A stretch of DNA of 23,646 bases from an uncultured Coxiellaceae bacterium. GTDB lineage: Bacteria; Pseudomonadota; Gammaproteobacteria; DSM-16500. Below, in pieces: positions 1 through 7,305 of the stretch (position 1 is the stretch's first letter; the number at the start of each line of letters is the position of its first letter). The stretch covers positions 1 to 23,646 of the forward strand of contig CAYXNR010000035.1 of NCBI GenBank assembly GCA_964466595.1, written 5' to 3'. The notes under the pieces were generated by a model, which was given only the letters and a program-made list of their open reading frames with translations, ran no database searches and had not been told where the DNA came from. Position numbers and translations under genes: made by a program.

Positions 1-162
1 GCGTCTAATCCACCCTACCAATTTTAAAAATAAGACTTGTGTAGATACCAATGACTCTTTTAGCTGCATCCAGTCTTTTAAATGCTCTGGATTCCGGCTT
101 AAAGCATGCCGGAATGACAATTTCTCCAGGTCAACCGAATACTTACCTAAGTCACAGAAGAA

Positions 163-1464
163 CTAATTTGGATTTTCTAAACTTAAAACACCCGAGTTGT
201 AATCATAGGCAAAAAGCTCAGCATAACGTCCATATTCAATAATCGTATGCAAGACCTGTTCAGCATCTTTTTCTGAAACATAATCTTCTAGCAGCGATAG
301 AAATTGCTCTTCTAAAGCACGATGGCGGGGGTGATGAATGAGGCGTTCATAAATAAAGCGGGCGAGTGGTACATATTTTTTTAAATGTTCGGAAAATATT
401 TTCTTTCTTTCCAAAATATCTGCATCAACAAAACGTTTTCCTTCCTCTGTAATAGCAATATCCCCTTTGGAAACTTTGGCAAAATGTAAAATATCTAAAA
501 GCTCGGTTAAGGGAAAAAGATCGTCAATGCCCAACATCAAGGTCTCTGCTACATCTGGTAAATCCATTTTACCTTGCCGCTCTGGTTCATTTAGAATTTC
601 TAACAAGCCCGTGAGCTCGGCAACTGAGGTGTCAGGCAGGCGATAGCCGATATCAATGACAATATGCTCCACCATGCCCTCTTTCATTCTTTCCTCTTGC
701 GGCTGGGTTGTCATGAGCGTATAAACTCGATCAACCTGATTACGAAAGCGCGGATCAATATCACTACGGGGATAGGGCAGCGTAATTTTTAATTCAGCGC
801 GAATCGTTCCGGGATTGCTACTGAAAACAATAATGCGATCCGCTAATAACACTGCTTCTTCAATATTGTGGGTGACAAATAAAATAGCCTTTAAACCTGT
901 TTTTTTGCTTTGCCATAAATCTAAAAGATCGCTTTTTAAATTATCAGCCGTTAAGACATCCAAAGCGGAAAAAGGTTCATCCATTAATAAAATATCGGGA
1001 TTGACTACCAAGGCCCGAGCAAAGCCTACACGTTGGCGCATACCACCAGATAATTCCTTGGGATAGGCTGTTTCAAAGCCGTCTAAGCCAATCATGTCAA
1101 TCGCTTTCAAGGCGCGTTCCCGACGTTCTATAGGTGGAATGTGCAAAGCCTCGAGACCTAATTCAACATTTTGTAAAACGGTCAGCCAGGGTAGCAGTGC
1201 AAAGGTTTGAAATACCATGGAAGCGCCGTGGACTGGCCCAAGGACAGGTTCTGCACGATAATAAACCATGCCTTCTGAAGGCTGATCAAGGCCAGCTAAA
1301 ATACGAAGGAGGGTTGATTTTCCGGAGCCTGATTTACCTAAGATCGCAACAATTTCGCCTTCATACATACGAAAATCGACGTCTTGGAGAGCCAATAATT
1401 CTTGTCGTTCTCCTTTTCTAAAGGATTTTTGTACCTTTACCACCTCAAAAATAGGCTCAATCAT
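163..1464 (-). CDS. ABC transporter ATP-binding protein (NitT/TauT nitrate/sulfonate/bicarbonate-type ATPase core) with ~170-aa C-terminal extension of unknown function
   Basis: Walker A GKSGSGKST, ABC signature LSGGMRQRV, Walker B ILLMDEPFSALD. RBS GAGGTG lies 6 nt before the ATG at 1464. The upstream permease stop overlaps this RBS, suggesting translational coupling. Confidence 0.85.
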   Translation of the reverse strand: MIEPIFEVVKVQKSFRKGERQELLALQDVDFRMYEGEIVAILGKSGSGKSTLLRILAGLDQPSEGMVYYRAEPVLGPVHGASMVFQTFALLPWLTVLQNVELGLEALHIPPIERRERALKAIDMIGLDGFETAYPKELSGGMRQRVGFARALVVNPDILLMDEPFSALDVLTADNLKSDLLDLWQSKKTGLKAILFVTHNIEEAVLLADRIIVFSSNPGTIRAELKITLPYPRSDIDPRFRNQVDRVYTLMTTQPQEERMKEGMVEHIVIDIGYRLPDTSVAELTGLLEILNEPERQGKMDLPDVAETLMLGIDDLFPLTELLDILHFAKVSKGDIAITEEGKRFVDADILERKKIFSEHLKKYVPLARFIYERLIHHPRHRALEEQFLSLLEDYVSEKDAEQVLHTIIEYGRYAELFAYDYNSGVLSLENPN

Positions 1465-1473
1465 GATACACCT

Positions 1474-3216
1474 CTAATCCAAAACAAAGCGATTCAGGGC
1501 TAGCACATAAAGCGGACGCCAAAATAAGCGATTAATCACAAGAACCAACAAACTCATGACCCCAATAGCAAGCGCTGTTTGAGTAAAATTTCCTTGGGCT
1601 GTTTGATCCGAGATATAAGCACCCAAGCCCGGTATTTTAACCGTCGTTTGTCCCCAGCTGACGACCTCAGCCACAATACTCGCATTCCAGGTGCCTCCCG
1701 CAGCAGTAATCGCACCGGTAATATAATAAGGGAAAATACCTGGTAAAATAACACGACGCCAGCGCAACCAGGTGCCAATATCAAAATTATCGGCCACATC
1801 AAGAAAATCTTTGGGTAAGAGAGAAGCACCGGCAATGACATTAAACAGGATATACCACTGAGCACCTAAAATCATTAAAGGGGTCAAACCCAATTCCGGA
1901 TTAATATGGAACATGACAACAGCCATGATGACTAGCGGATAAAAAAGATTAGCAGGAAAAGCCGCCAAAAATTGGGCTAGCGGTTGAACAACCTGGGCAA
2001 GAGCGGGACGAAGCCCGATATAGACGCCAATCGGTACCCAGATGAGGGAGGACAAAAACACTAAAATAAAGACGCGTAAAGCGGTTAAGGTCCCTAAGAA
2101 GAAAATAGACTGCAGAACCTGCCAGGAAAAATGGTGGATGAAATAGGCGCCGCCGAAAAGAATCAGAAGAAGCATCAGCAACCAGAAAATAATTTCTTCT
2201 AGGTAGATAAAAAACCAGCTGCGCCGTGAAGTAGTCGCAGGCTTAAAAGAAAAGCGGTAAGGAAAGGCAGGCCAGCGCATATTCACAAAAGCATTCCAAA
2301 GCAGATTGATTTTAGCGCCCCCATAACGGACCAAGCGTGTGCGTTGCAACATACTCATTAACCAGGAGCGAACCTCTCTTTGAGAGGCTATATTTTCGGC
2401 TTTAAATTTTTCTGCCCAAGCGACCAAAGGACGAAATAAAATTTGATCGTATAATAAAATCACGACAAACATCGTCATAATGGCATAGAAAATAGCTTGT
2501 AAATTGGCTTCCTGAATGGCTACTGCAATATAAGAACCAATGCCTGGCAAGAGTATCTGTTGGTTTGCTACTGAGATAGCCTCAGAGGCCACTACAAAAA
2601 ACCAACCAGCAGACATCGAGACCATCATATTCCATAGTAGACCGGGTAAAGAATAGGCTACCTCAATCCGCCAAAATCGCTGCCAAGCCGATAAATGAAA
2701 CATGCTGGCGACTTCTTGCAAATCAGCCGGCACCGTACAGACTGTTTGATAAAACCCCAAGGCCATATTCCAAGCCTGGGAAGTGAAAATTGCAAAAATT
2801 GCCGCACATTCCGGGCCGAGCAAACTGCCAGGAAAGAGTTTAATAAAGCCGACCACCGTGATAGATAAAAAGCCCAGAATCGGTACCGATTGCAAAATAT
2901 CAATTAAAGGAATGATAAAACCTTTGGCTCTTTTACTCTTGGCTGCCCAGGTGGCAATAGTTAAAGTAAAGAGTAGAGAGAAAGCTAAAGCAATAAGCAT
3001 GCGCATGACTGTTCTTAAAGCATAAAAAGGCAGAGAACGCGGATCGAGCGAAATCGGAATGCTCGTGCCCAACTGATAAGGCACCGTCATCTGTTTGGCA
3101 TTCCAAGCGAATACTAGAATCAGGCTGAAAAAAAAGATAAAAGCGAAAATATCCCAATAATTTGGATAGAGGCGGTTTTTATAAACCGTCATGAATGTAT
3201 TGCCTAAGAAATTCAT
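1474..3216 (-). CDS. ABC transporter permease, fused/duplicated transmembrane domains (580 aa)
   Basis: Long hydrophobic ORF with two permease-like halves. Strong RBS GGGGG lies 5 nt before the ATG at 3216. It sits 28 bp downstream of the reductase gene, consistent with one operon with the ATPase. Confidence 0.85.
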   Translation of the reverse strand: MNFLGNTFMTVYKNRLYPNYWDIFAFIFFFSLILVFAWNAKQMTVPYQLGTSIPISLDPRSLPFYALRTVMRMLIALAFSLLFTLTIATWAAKSKRAKGFIIPLIDILQSVPILGFLSITVVGFIKLFPGSLLGPECAAIFAIFTSQAWNMALGFYQTVCTVPADLQEVASMFHLSAWQRFWRIEVAYSLPGLLWNMMVSMSAGWFFVVASEAISVANQQILLPGIGSYIAVAIQEANLQAIFYAIMTMFVVILLYDQILFRPLVAWAEKFKAENIASQREVRSWLMSMLQRTRLVRYGGAKINLLWNAFVNMRWPAFPYRFSFKPATTSRRSWFFIYLEEIIFWLLMLLLILFGGAYFIHHFSWQVLQSIFFLGTLTALRVFILVFLSSLIWVPIGVYIGLRPALAQVVQPLAQFLAAFPANLFYPLVIMAVVMFHINPELGLTPLMILGAQWYILFNVIAGASLLPKDFLDVADNFDIGTWLRWRRVILPGIFPYYITGAITAAGGTWNASIVAEVVSWGQTTVKIPGLGAYISDQTAQGNFTQTALAIGVMSLLVLVINRLFWRPLYVLALNRFVLD

Positions 3217-3244
3217 GGCTCTACCCCCTTAAGGCTCTGGGCAA

Positions 3245-3985
3245 TTATAGCAACCGCCCACCATCTACCGCCAAGATCTGTCCGGTAATATAATCAGCAT
3301 CTCTTACAAAGAAAAGCACTGCTTTGGCAATATCCTCTGGGCTGCCTATTCGCTTTAAAGCAGCCTCATTGATAATTTTCTGCTTCAGCGCTTCAGCAAG
3401 CTGATTTTCTCCTTCTGGCCAGATGATCATGCCCGGCGAAATGGCATTGACTCGAATCCTTGGCGCTAACTCTTTTGCCAATATTCGCGTTAAAGCAACC
3501 AGACCAGCTTTAGTGAGGCAATAGACACTATAATCGCCAAAGGGCTTGTCGACGTGGATATCCGTGAGATTAATAATACAGCCTGCGGTCTTTGCCAAAT
3601 AAGGCGCAGCCAATTGCGCTAAAAAAAAAGGGGCCTTGAGATTGGTATCCATCAAGACCGTCCAGTCTTCTTCCTTAATTTGTCCAAAAGGCGTTTTGTT
3701 AAAGCAGGAGGCATTATTGACTAAGACATCTAGTCTTCCCCATTCCGCTTCGGCCCGTTCAAGCAGTTGCTTCAGCGCTCTTCCCTCTTGCAGTTCCGCC
3801 CTAGCTATGAGGGCAGAATGCGGTCGTTTTTGATTAAAAACAGAACAAAGTTGCTCTGCTTCTGTTATAGCCTGCCGATAGTGTAAAACCAGGTTATAGC
3901 CTGCCTCGTGACAAGCCTCTGCTACAGCCGCGCCAATTCTTCGCGCAGCACCTGTTATCAGAACTACTTTCGTCTCGGCCTTCAC
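3245..3985 (-). CDS. Short-chain dehydrogenase/reductase, pteridine reductase (PTR1/FolM)-like
   Basis: Rossmann motif VVLITGAARRIGAAVA. The stretch LHYRQAITEAEQLCSVFNQKRPHSALIARAEL resembles the PTR1/FolM signature region. It has a YxxxK-type catalytic segment (YCLTK) and a C-terminal ITGQILAVDGG. The start is GTG at 3985. Confidence 0.75.
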   Translation of the reverse strand: MKAETKVVLITGAARRIGAAVAEACHEAGYNLVLHYRQAITEAEQLCSVFNQKRPHSALIARAELQEGRALKQLLERAEAEWGRLDVLVNNASCFNKTPFGQIKEEDWTVLMDTNLKAPFFLAQLAAPYLAKTAGCIINLTDIHVDKPFGDYSVYCLTKAGLVALTRILAKELAPRIRVNAISPGMIIWPEGENQLAEALKQKIINEAALKRIGSPEDIAKAVLFFVRDADYITGQILAVDGGRLL

Positions 3986-4017
3986 CTTTAAGCTTTCTCG
4001 TCTTTGTAGACTCGGTA

Positions 4018-4023
4018 TATAAT
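4018..4023 (+). promoter_or_regulatory. Possible -10 (TATAAT) for the methyltransferase gene in divergent intergenic region
   Basis: TATAAT lies 19 bp before the ATG. The -35 is weak (TTCTCG at 17 bp), and the leader would be very short. Confidence 0.25.
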
Positions 4024-4041
4024 AGCAAAAGGATTCTAAAC

Positions 4042-5286
4042 ATGCCTTCTATGATGACCACTTTACCCCCTCTTAGTCCTGAAATGCAGAAACAGGGCGA
4101 GGCCATGCTAAACCACCTGGAACAGCTTATTCAAAAAGCTGGCGGTCATATTTCCTTTGCTCATTTCATGAAACATGCGCTCTATGCTCAAGACCTTGGC
4201 TACTATACTTCTCCTTTGCAGAAATTTGGGGAAACAGGTGATTTTGTTACAGCGCCTGAAATCTCGCCCTTATTTGCCAAAACACTAGCACGACAGTTTG
4301 CAGCCATTTTAAGCACTATGCCCGAAGCTGCCATCTTAGAATTAGGCGCGGGTACGGGTATTTTTGCCAAAGAGGTCATGACTGAACTGAAAGAATTGCA
4401 AGCGCTACCATCCCAGTATTATATTTTCGAAGCAAGCCCGACCTTGATTGCGCGTCAAAAGAAAGTCTTAGAAACAAGTTGCCCGCAATTTTTTTCTCGC
4501 TTCAACTGGCTTACGGAGCTTCCCGATCATTTTCAAGGTATTATTTTTGCTAATGAATGGCTTGATGCCCTGCCCGTGCATTGTTTTCGCATTGAAAATA
4601 AAACCGTTACAGAACGCTGTGTGACTTTTAAAAATAAACAATTGACTTGGAAAACAGTAGCGCCGCAAACGCAGGCCCTGCACAAAAAAGTTTTAGCGCT
4701 CATGAATCACTATGCCTGGCCGGAGGGCTATGAATCAGAAATTAATCTCTTGCTGCCTCGCTGGATAAAAACGCTCGCGAAGCTACTTGATAAGGGCGTA
4801 TTACTTTTTTTTGATTATGGCTATGAACGCGAGGAATATTATCATCCTGAGCGCTCCTGCGGGACACTGCGCGCTTATTTTCAACATCGAATGCATGCTG
4901 ATCCTTTTCTCTATCCAGGGTTGCAAGATCTCACTGCCCATGTTGATTTCACGACCGTGGTAGAACAGGCTATCTCTGCCGGCTTGGATCTAGCAGGCTA
5001 CACCACACAACAAGCCTTTCTCATCGCCTGCGGCATCGGAGATTTCGCTAACAGCTTCCCCACCTCTCAAAAAGCATATCGGCAAAACCAGGCCTTAAAA
5101 TTACTCCTCTTGCCTTCCGAAATGGGCAGCTTAATCAAGGCAGTGGCTTTTACTAAAAATTGGAATGAACCCTTAGACGGATTTTCTGGTGGGGTCAAAT
5201 CTTGTCTTCAACCTTCACCTCCCCATTATCGGGCGAAGGTTGAAGACAAGATCATATCATTACCCACATCTTTGAAAAACCCATAA
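4042..5286 (+). CDS. Class I SAM-dependent methyltransferase, MidA/NDUFAF7 (DUF185) family
   Basis: SAM-binding motif LELGAGTGIFA and MidA-like overall architecture. The last ~30 codons are encoded by the dispersed-repeat hairpin at 5193-5252, so this C-terminal extension is probably not ancestral. Confidence 0.75.
   Translation: MPSMMTTLPPLSPEMQKQGEAMLNHLEQLIQKAGGHISFAHFMKHALYAQDLGYYTSPLQKFGETGDFVTAPEISPLFAKTLARQFAAILSTMPEAAILELGAGTGIFAKEVMTELKELQALPSQYYIFEASPTLIARQKKVLETSCPQFFSRFNWLTELPDHFQGIIFANEWLDALPVHCFRIENKTVTERCVTFKNKQLTWKTVAPQTQALHKKVLALMNHYAWPEGYESEINLLLPRWIKTLAKLLDKGVLLFFDYGYEREEYYHPERSCGTLRAYFQHRMHADPFLYPGLQDLTAHVDFTTVVEQAISAGLDLAGYTTQQAFLIACGIGDFANSFPTSQKAYRQNQALKLLLLPSEMGSLIKAVAFTKNWNEPLDGFSGGVKSCLQPSPPHYRAKVEDKIISLPTSLKNP
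5193..5252. repeat. Hairpin copy of dispersed ~24-bp repeat: full inverted copy (5193-5218), 18-nt loop, truncated direct copy (5235-5252); 18-bp perfect stem
   Basis: ATCTTGTCTTCAACCTTC (5199-5216) is exactly complementary to GAAGGTTGAAGACAAGAT (5235-5252). It lies at the convergent junction of the methyltransferase and MazF genes and is read through by the methyltransferase ORF. Confidence 0.85.
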
Positions 5287-5623
5287 CCTCTGCGACTGAT
5301 CGATAAACCGCTTCCATAAAGCTTGCAGTACAATGCATTAACGGACCTTCAATGAGTCGCTTATTATCAATTGCCCGTACTTGATCAATCAATAAGTCTG
5401 ATTCCTTTTCCAAATTCTCATGTGGCTTGATGCGAACTCTTAATGGTTCTGCCTTGTTAATGAGCTTTGTGGTCAGCGGGATAATCAGCGTAGAAGGATG
5501 GCCAACGTCTAATAATGCCTGGTCTTGCACGATTAAAACGGGACGACATTTTCCTGCCTCCGTTCCACGGGAGGGATTGAGATTAGCTAACCAGATCTCG
5601 CCTTGTCTAATCTTTAGGGTCAT
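5252..5623 (-). CDS. Type II toxin, MazF/PemK (Kid/ChpB) family endoribonuclease
   Basis: N-terminus IRQGEIWLANLNPSRGTEAGKCRPVLIVQ is the canonical MazF/PemK motif. The ATG at 5623 has RBS GTGAGA 6 nt upstream; the ORF-track TTG at 5638 is probably not the start. The gene overlaps the stop of the upstream antitoxin. Confidence 0.8.
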   Translation of the reverse strand: MTLKIRQGEIWLANLNPSRGTEAGKCRPVLIVQDQALLDVGHPSTLIIPLTTKLINKAEPLRVRIKPHENLEKESDLLIDQVRAIDNKRLIEGPLMHCTASFMEAVYRSVAEVMGFSKMWVMI

Positions 5624-5843
5624 CTTCAATCTCACCAAATTCTTTATTCACTTTGATGCTTTCTTTTCTTACTAACAAACTGATCGCTTTTAACCTCTCC
5701 CTTCGTTTCATGTTTTTTATATTTTCATTCATTTGCTCGATAGCCATGCGCATATAAGCAGCCCGTGAAAGATGATTATCCTGGGCCAGGATATCAACCT
5801 CACGCAGAATCTTTTCCGGCAAGCGTATTGAAATAAGAGTCAT
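5607..5843 (-). CDS. Ribbon-helix-helix (CopG/MazE-like) antitoxin
   Basis: 78-aa protein whose N-terminal IRLPEKILREVDILAQDNHLSRAAYMRMAIEQ has the RHH beta-strand-helix pattern. It lies directly upstream of the MazF-like toxin and overlaps it, the standard antitoxin-toxin order. Confidence 0.7.
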   Translation of the reverse strand: MTLISIRLPEKILREVDILAQDNHLSRAAYMRMAIEQMNENIKNMKRRERLKAISLLVRKESIKVNKEFGEIEDDPKD

Positions 5844-5855
5844 AATGTAGTCTCT

Positions 5856-5879
5856 AATGTATTACATTTTTGTAGTATA
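5856..5879 (-). promoter_or_regulatory. mazEF-like operon promoter: -10 TATACT (complement of 5874-5879) plus perfect 6-bp-arm palindrome AATGTA-t-TACATT (5856-5868) between -10 and start codon (candidate operator)
   Basis: The palindrome overlaps the +1/leader region. This is the typical position of operators in autoregulated TA operons. Confidence 0.5.
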
Positions 5880-5939
5880 CGATGTAATTCGACGCTATGG
5901 AAGCACAGGGTGGGCGCTAGAAAATTACGAATAGAGCTA

Positions 5940-5986
5940 CCGGGCGGCAAGCTGCATTCTTAGGGCGCCCGGAGATAATTTTTAAC
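5940..5986. terminator. Hairpin CCGGGCG-(18 nt)-CGCCCGG followed by AGATAATTTTTAA; possible terminator downstream of hypothetical gene 6015-6767
   Basis: 7-bp GC stem. TTTTT lies 6 nt downstream on the plus strand. The minus-strand tail is only moderately T-rich. Confidence 0.3.
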
Positions 5987-6014
5987 TCAATTGTGGAAAG
6001 GGAGTATTTTGTAA

Positions 6015-6767
6015 TCAAGCACATTTAAGCCTGTTAGCAACCACATTCTCAGGATTAAAAATTCGAGCTAAGGTTTCGCTCAGTGAATTATTCTGCAAGG
6101 AAACAGAAACATCATTTTCGTTAGCCCACCGTGTGATCATGTCAAACTCTCTTCTCGCCACCGCTTTCAGATTTTCGTCTTGAATATTATCAGGGTTACC
6201 TAAAACTAAAATTAGCTTGTCTGGCTTATTAAATCGCTTTGCTCGAATATCAGCTACAAGCTCCTTGAGGAGCTCAGGACGATTCTTACTGAATTGCCAC
6301 GATAAATAGAGAGGACAGTGTTCTAAGATCATAGGCCGGTCTTGAGTATAGAGATCAATTTTTTGTTCGTCGAGTTCCTTTGATATCTTCTCCAAATGAA
6401 CGGGATTAGTATCGCTGTATAAATATATCAAGGCCCCCTCTCTACACGCCGTTTCTTGCAAAAGGAGGATTTTTTCGGCAAAATTACCTACCGTGATCAT
6501 TTCATTCCATTCAGCCCAAAATTCATCACTTTCCATCGTCTTAATTCCAAATAAAGCTAAAAGCCGTAAGTTAAACGCTTCCCGTGTAATTTCTCCTCGA
6601 TTAAATTGTTCTGATAAAAGGAAGGATTGCTTTTGCAGTTCAGGCGTTAAGCTAAACTCAGCGTTTTCTTCTTTTGCTTTTTTCAGCAGCTTAGCAATAA
6701 ATCCACTTGCATCGACCTTCTCAAGCAACATGCCTAATGATAAAGCGATTCCGACTCGATTTTGCAT
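6015..6767 (-). CDS. Hypothetical protein (250 aa), no recognisable domain
   Basis: Clean ORF with RBS GGAGAG 5-7 nt before the ATG at 6767. It sits between the two toxin loci, and I recognised no motif. Confidence 0.55.
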   Translation of the reverse strand: MQNRVGIALSLGMLLEKVDASGFIAKLLKKAKEENAEFSLTPELQKQSFLLSEQFNRGEITREAFNLRLLALFGIKTMESDEFWAEWNEMITVGNFAEKILLLQETACREGALIYLYSDTNPVHLEKISKELDEQKIDLYTQDRPMILEHCPLYLSWQFSKNRPELLKELVADIRAKRFNKPDKLILVLGNPDNIQDENLKAVARREFDMITRWANENDVSVSLQNNSLSETLARIFNPENVVANRLKCA

Positions 6768-6932
6768 AGTAAACTCTCCTATATTATTAGATTATTAGGC
6801 GTGGATTCTATAACCTTTATCCTGCCCAAAACAACAAAAATTTAAGATCAACCAAGGGCATTTTACTGCGGGCAGGTAAGCATGAAGGCGGGAAATCTTG
6901 GATTATATTTCTTCGGTATCTGATAATGAGGG

Positions 6933-7262
6933 TTGGAAGTGAATCGAGGGGACTTAGTAACGGTAGCTTTGCCGGAGGATTATGGAAAACCGCGTCCCGC
7001 TTTAGTTATTCAATCAGACTTGTTTGAGGGTCATCCTTCTATCACTCTTCTCCCAATCACAAGCGAGCTCAGAGAAACGCCGCTATTTCGAATTACCGTG
7101 GAACCGACAAAAGAAAATGGACTTCAAAAAAAATCGCAAGTAATGGTGGATAAAGCTCATACGGTTGCGCGCGAAAAGTTAAGCCAGCCTTTCGGAAAAT
7201 TGGACGAAGTCCTCTTGCTCTCCATTAATAGAGCGCTGGTTTTGTTCTTGGGCTTTGCTTGA
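6933..7262 (+). CDS. Orphan type II toxin, PemK/MazF family (no cognate antitoxin ORF upstream)
   Basis: RGDLVTVALPEDYGKPRPALVIQSD, LLPITSE and the C-terminal GKLDEVLLLSINRALVLFLG are typical PemK/Kid features. The 165-bp upstream region has no ORF longer than ~13 codons. Confidence 0.75.
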   Translation: MEVNRGDLVTVALPEDYGKPRPALVIQSDLFEGHPSITLLPITSELRETPLFRITVEPTKENGLQKKSQVMVDKAHTVAREKLSQPFGKLDEVLLLSINRALVLFLGFA

Positions 7263-7275
7263 TTAAGAGGTAAGA

Positions 7276-7299
7276 GTGAAGGTTGAAGACAAGATTTGA
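7276..7299 (+). repeat. Dispersed repeat copy GTGAAGGTTGAAGACAAGATTTGA
   Basis: Exact 22-nt core shared with 8952-8973 and 24/24 identity with the reverse complement of 5195-5218. It lies in the 43-bp gap between the convergent orphan-toxin and Sel1 genes. Confidence 0.85.
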
Positions 7300-7305
7300 G
7301 CTCAC

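Noticed and set aside
91-114. Hairpin ATTCCGGC-ttaaagcat-GCCGGAAT downstream of the ABC ATPase gene as a terminator
   Set aside because: The 8-bp stem is real, but no U-tract follows on either strand (plus: GACAATTTCTCC; minus: CCAGAGCATTT). It is too weak to call.
51-242. 63-aa plus-strand ORF at the window start, and the many 60-110-aa ORFs nested in larger genes (e.g. 815-1066, 1134-1421, 1554-1865, 2658-3157, 3636-3833, 3894-4106, 4468-4683, 5427-5675, 6493-6798, 7499-8056, 10637-10921, 11645-12361, 14957-15160, 16046-16917, 17460-18044, 18732-19304)
   Set aside because: All overlap, on the opposite strand or out of frame, larger ORFs that have clear domain content and RBSs. None has a recognisable motif.
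5624-5638. TTG start at 5638 for MazF, and TTG starts for the Q-rich paralogs 1 and 2 (20533, 22426)
   Set aside because: These are ORF-finder alternative starts. ATG codons with correctly spaced GGAG/GAGA RBSs lie 4-5 codons downstream (5623, 20521, 22414). The third paralog starts directly at the homologous MLNR.
6820-6876. CCTGCCC...GGGCAGG inverted repeat upstream of the orphan toxin as an operator or a remnant antitoxin gene
   Set aside because: The arms are only 7 bp and sit 40 bp apart. No ORF longer than ~13 codons is present. This is insufficient evidence.
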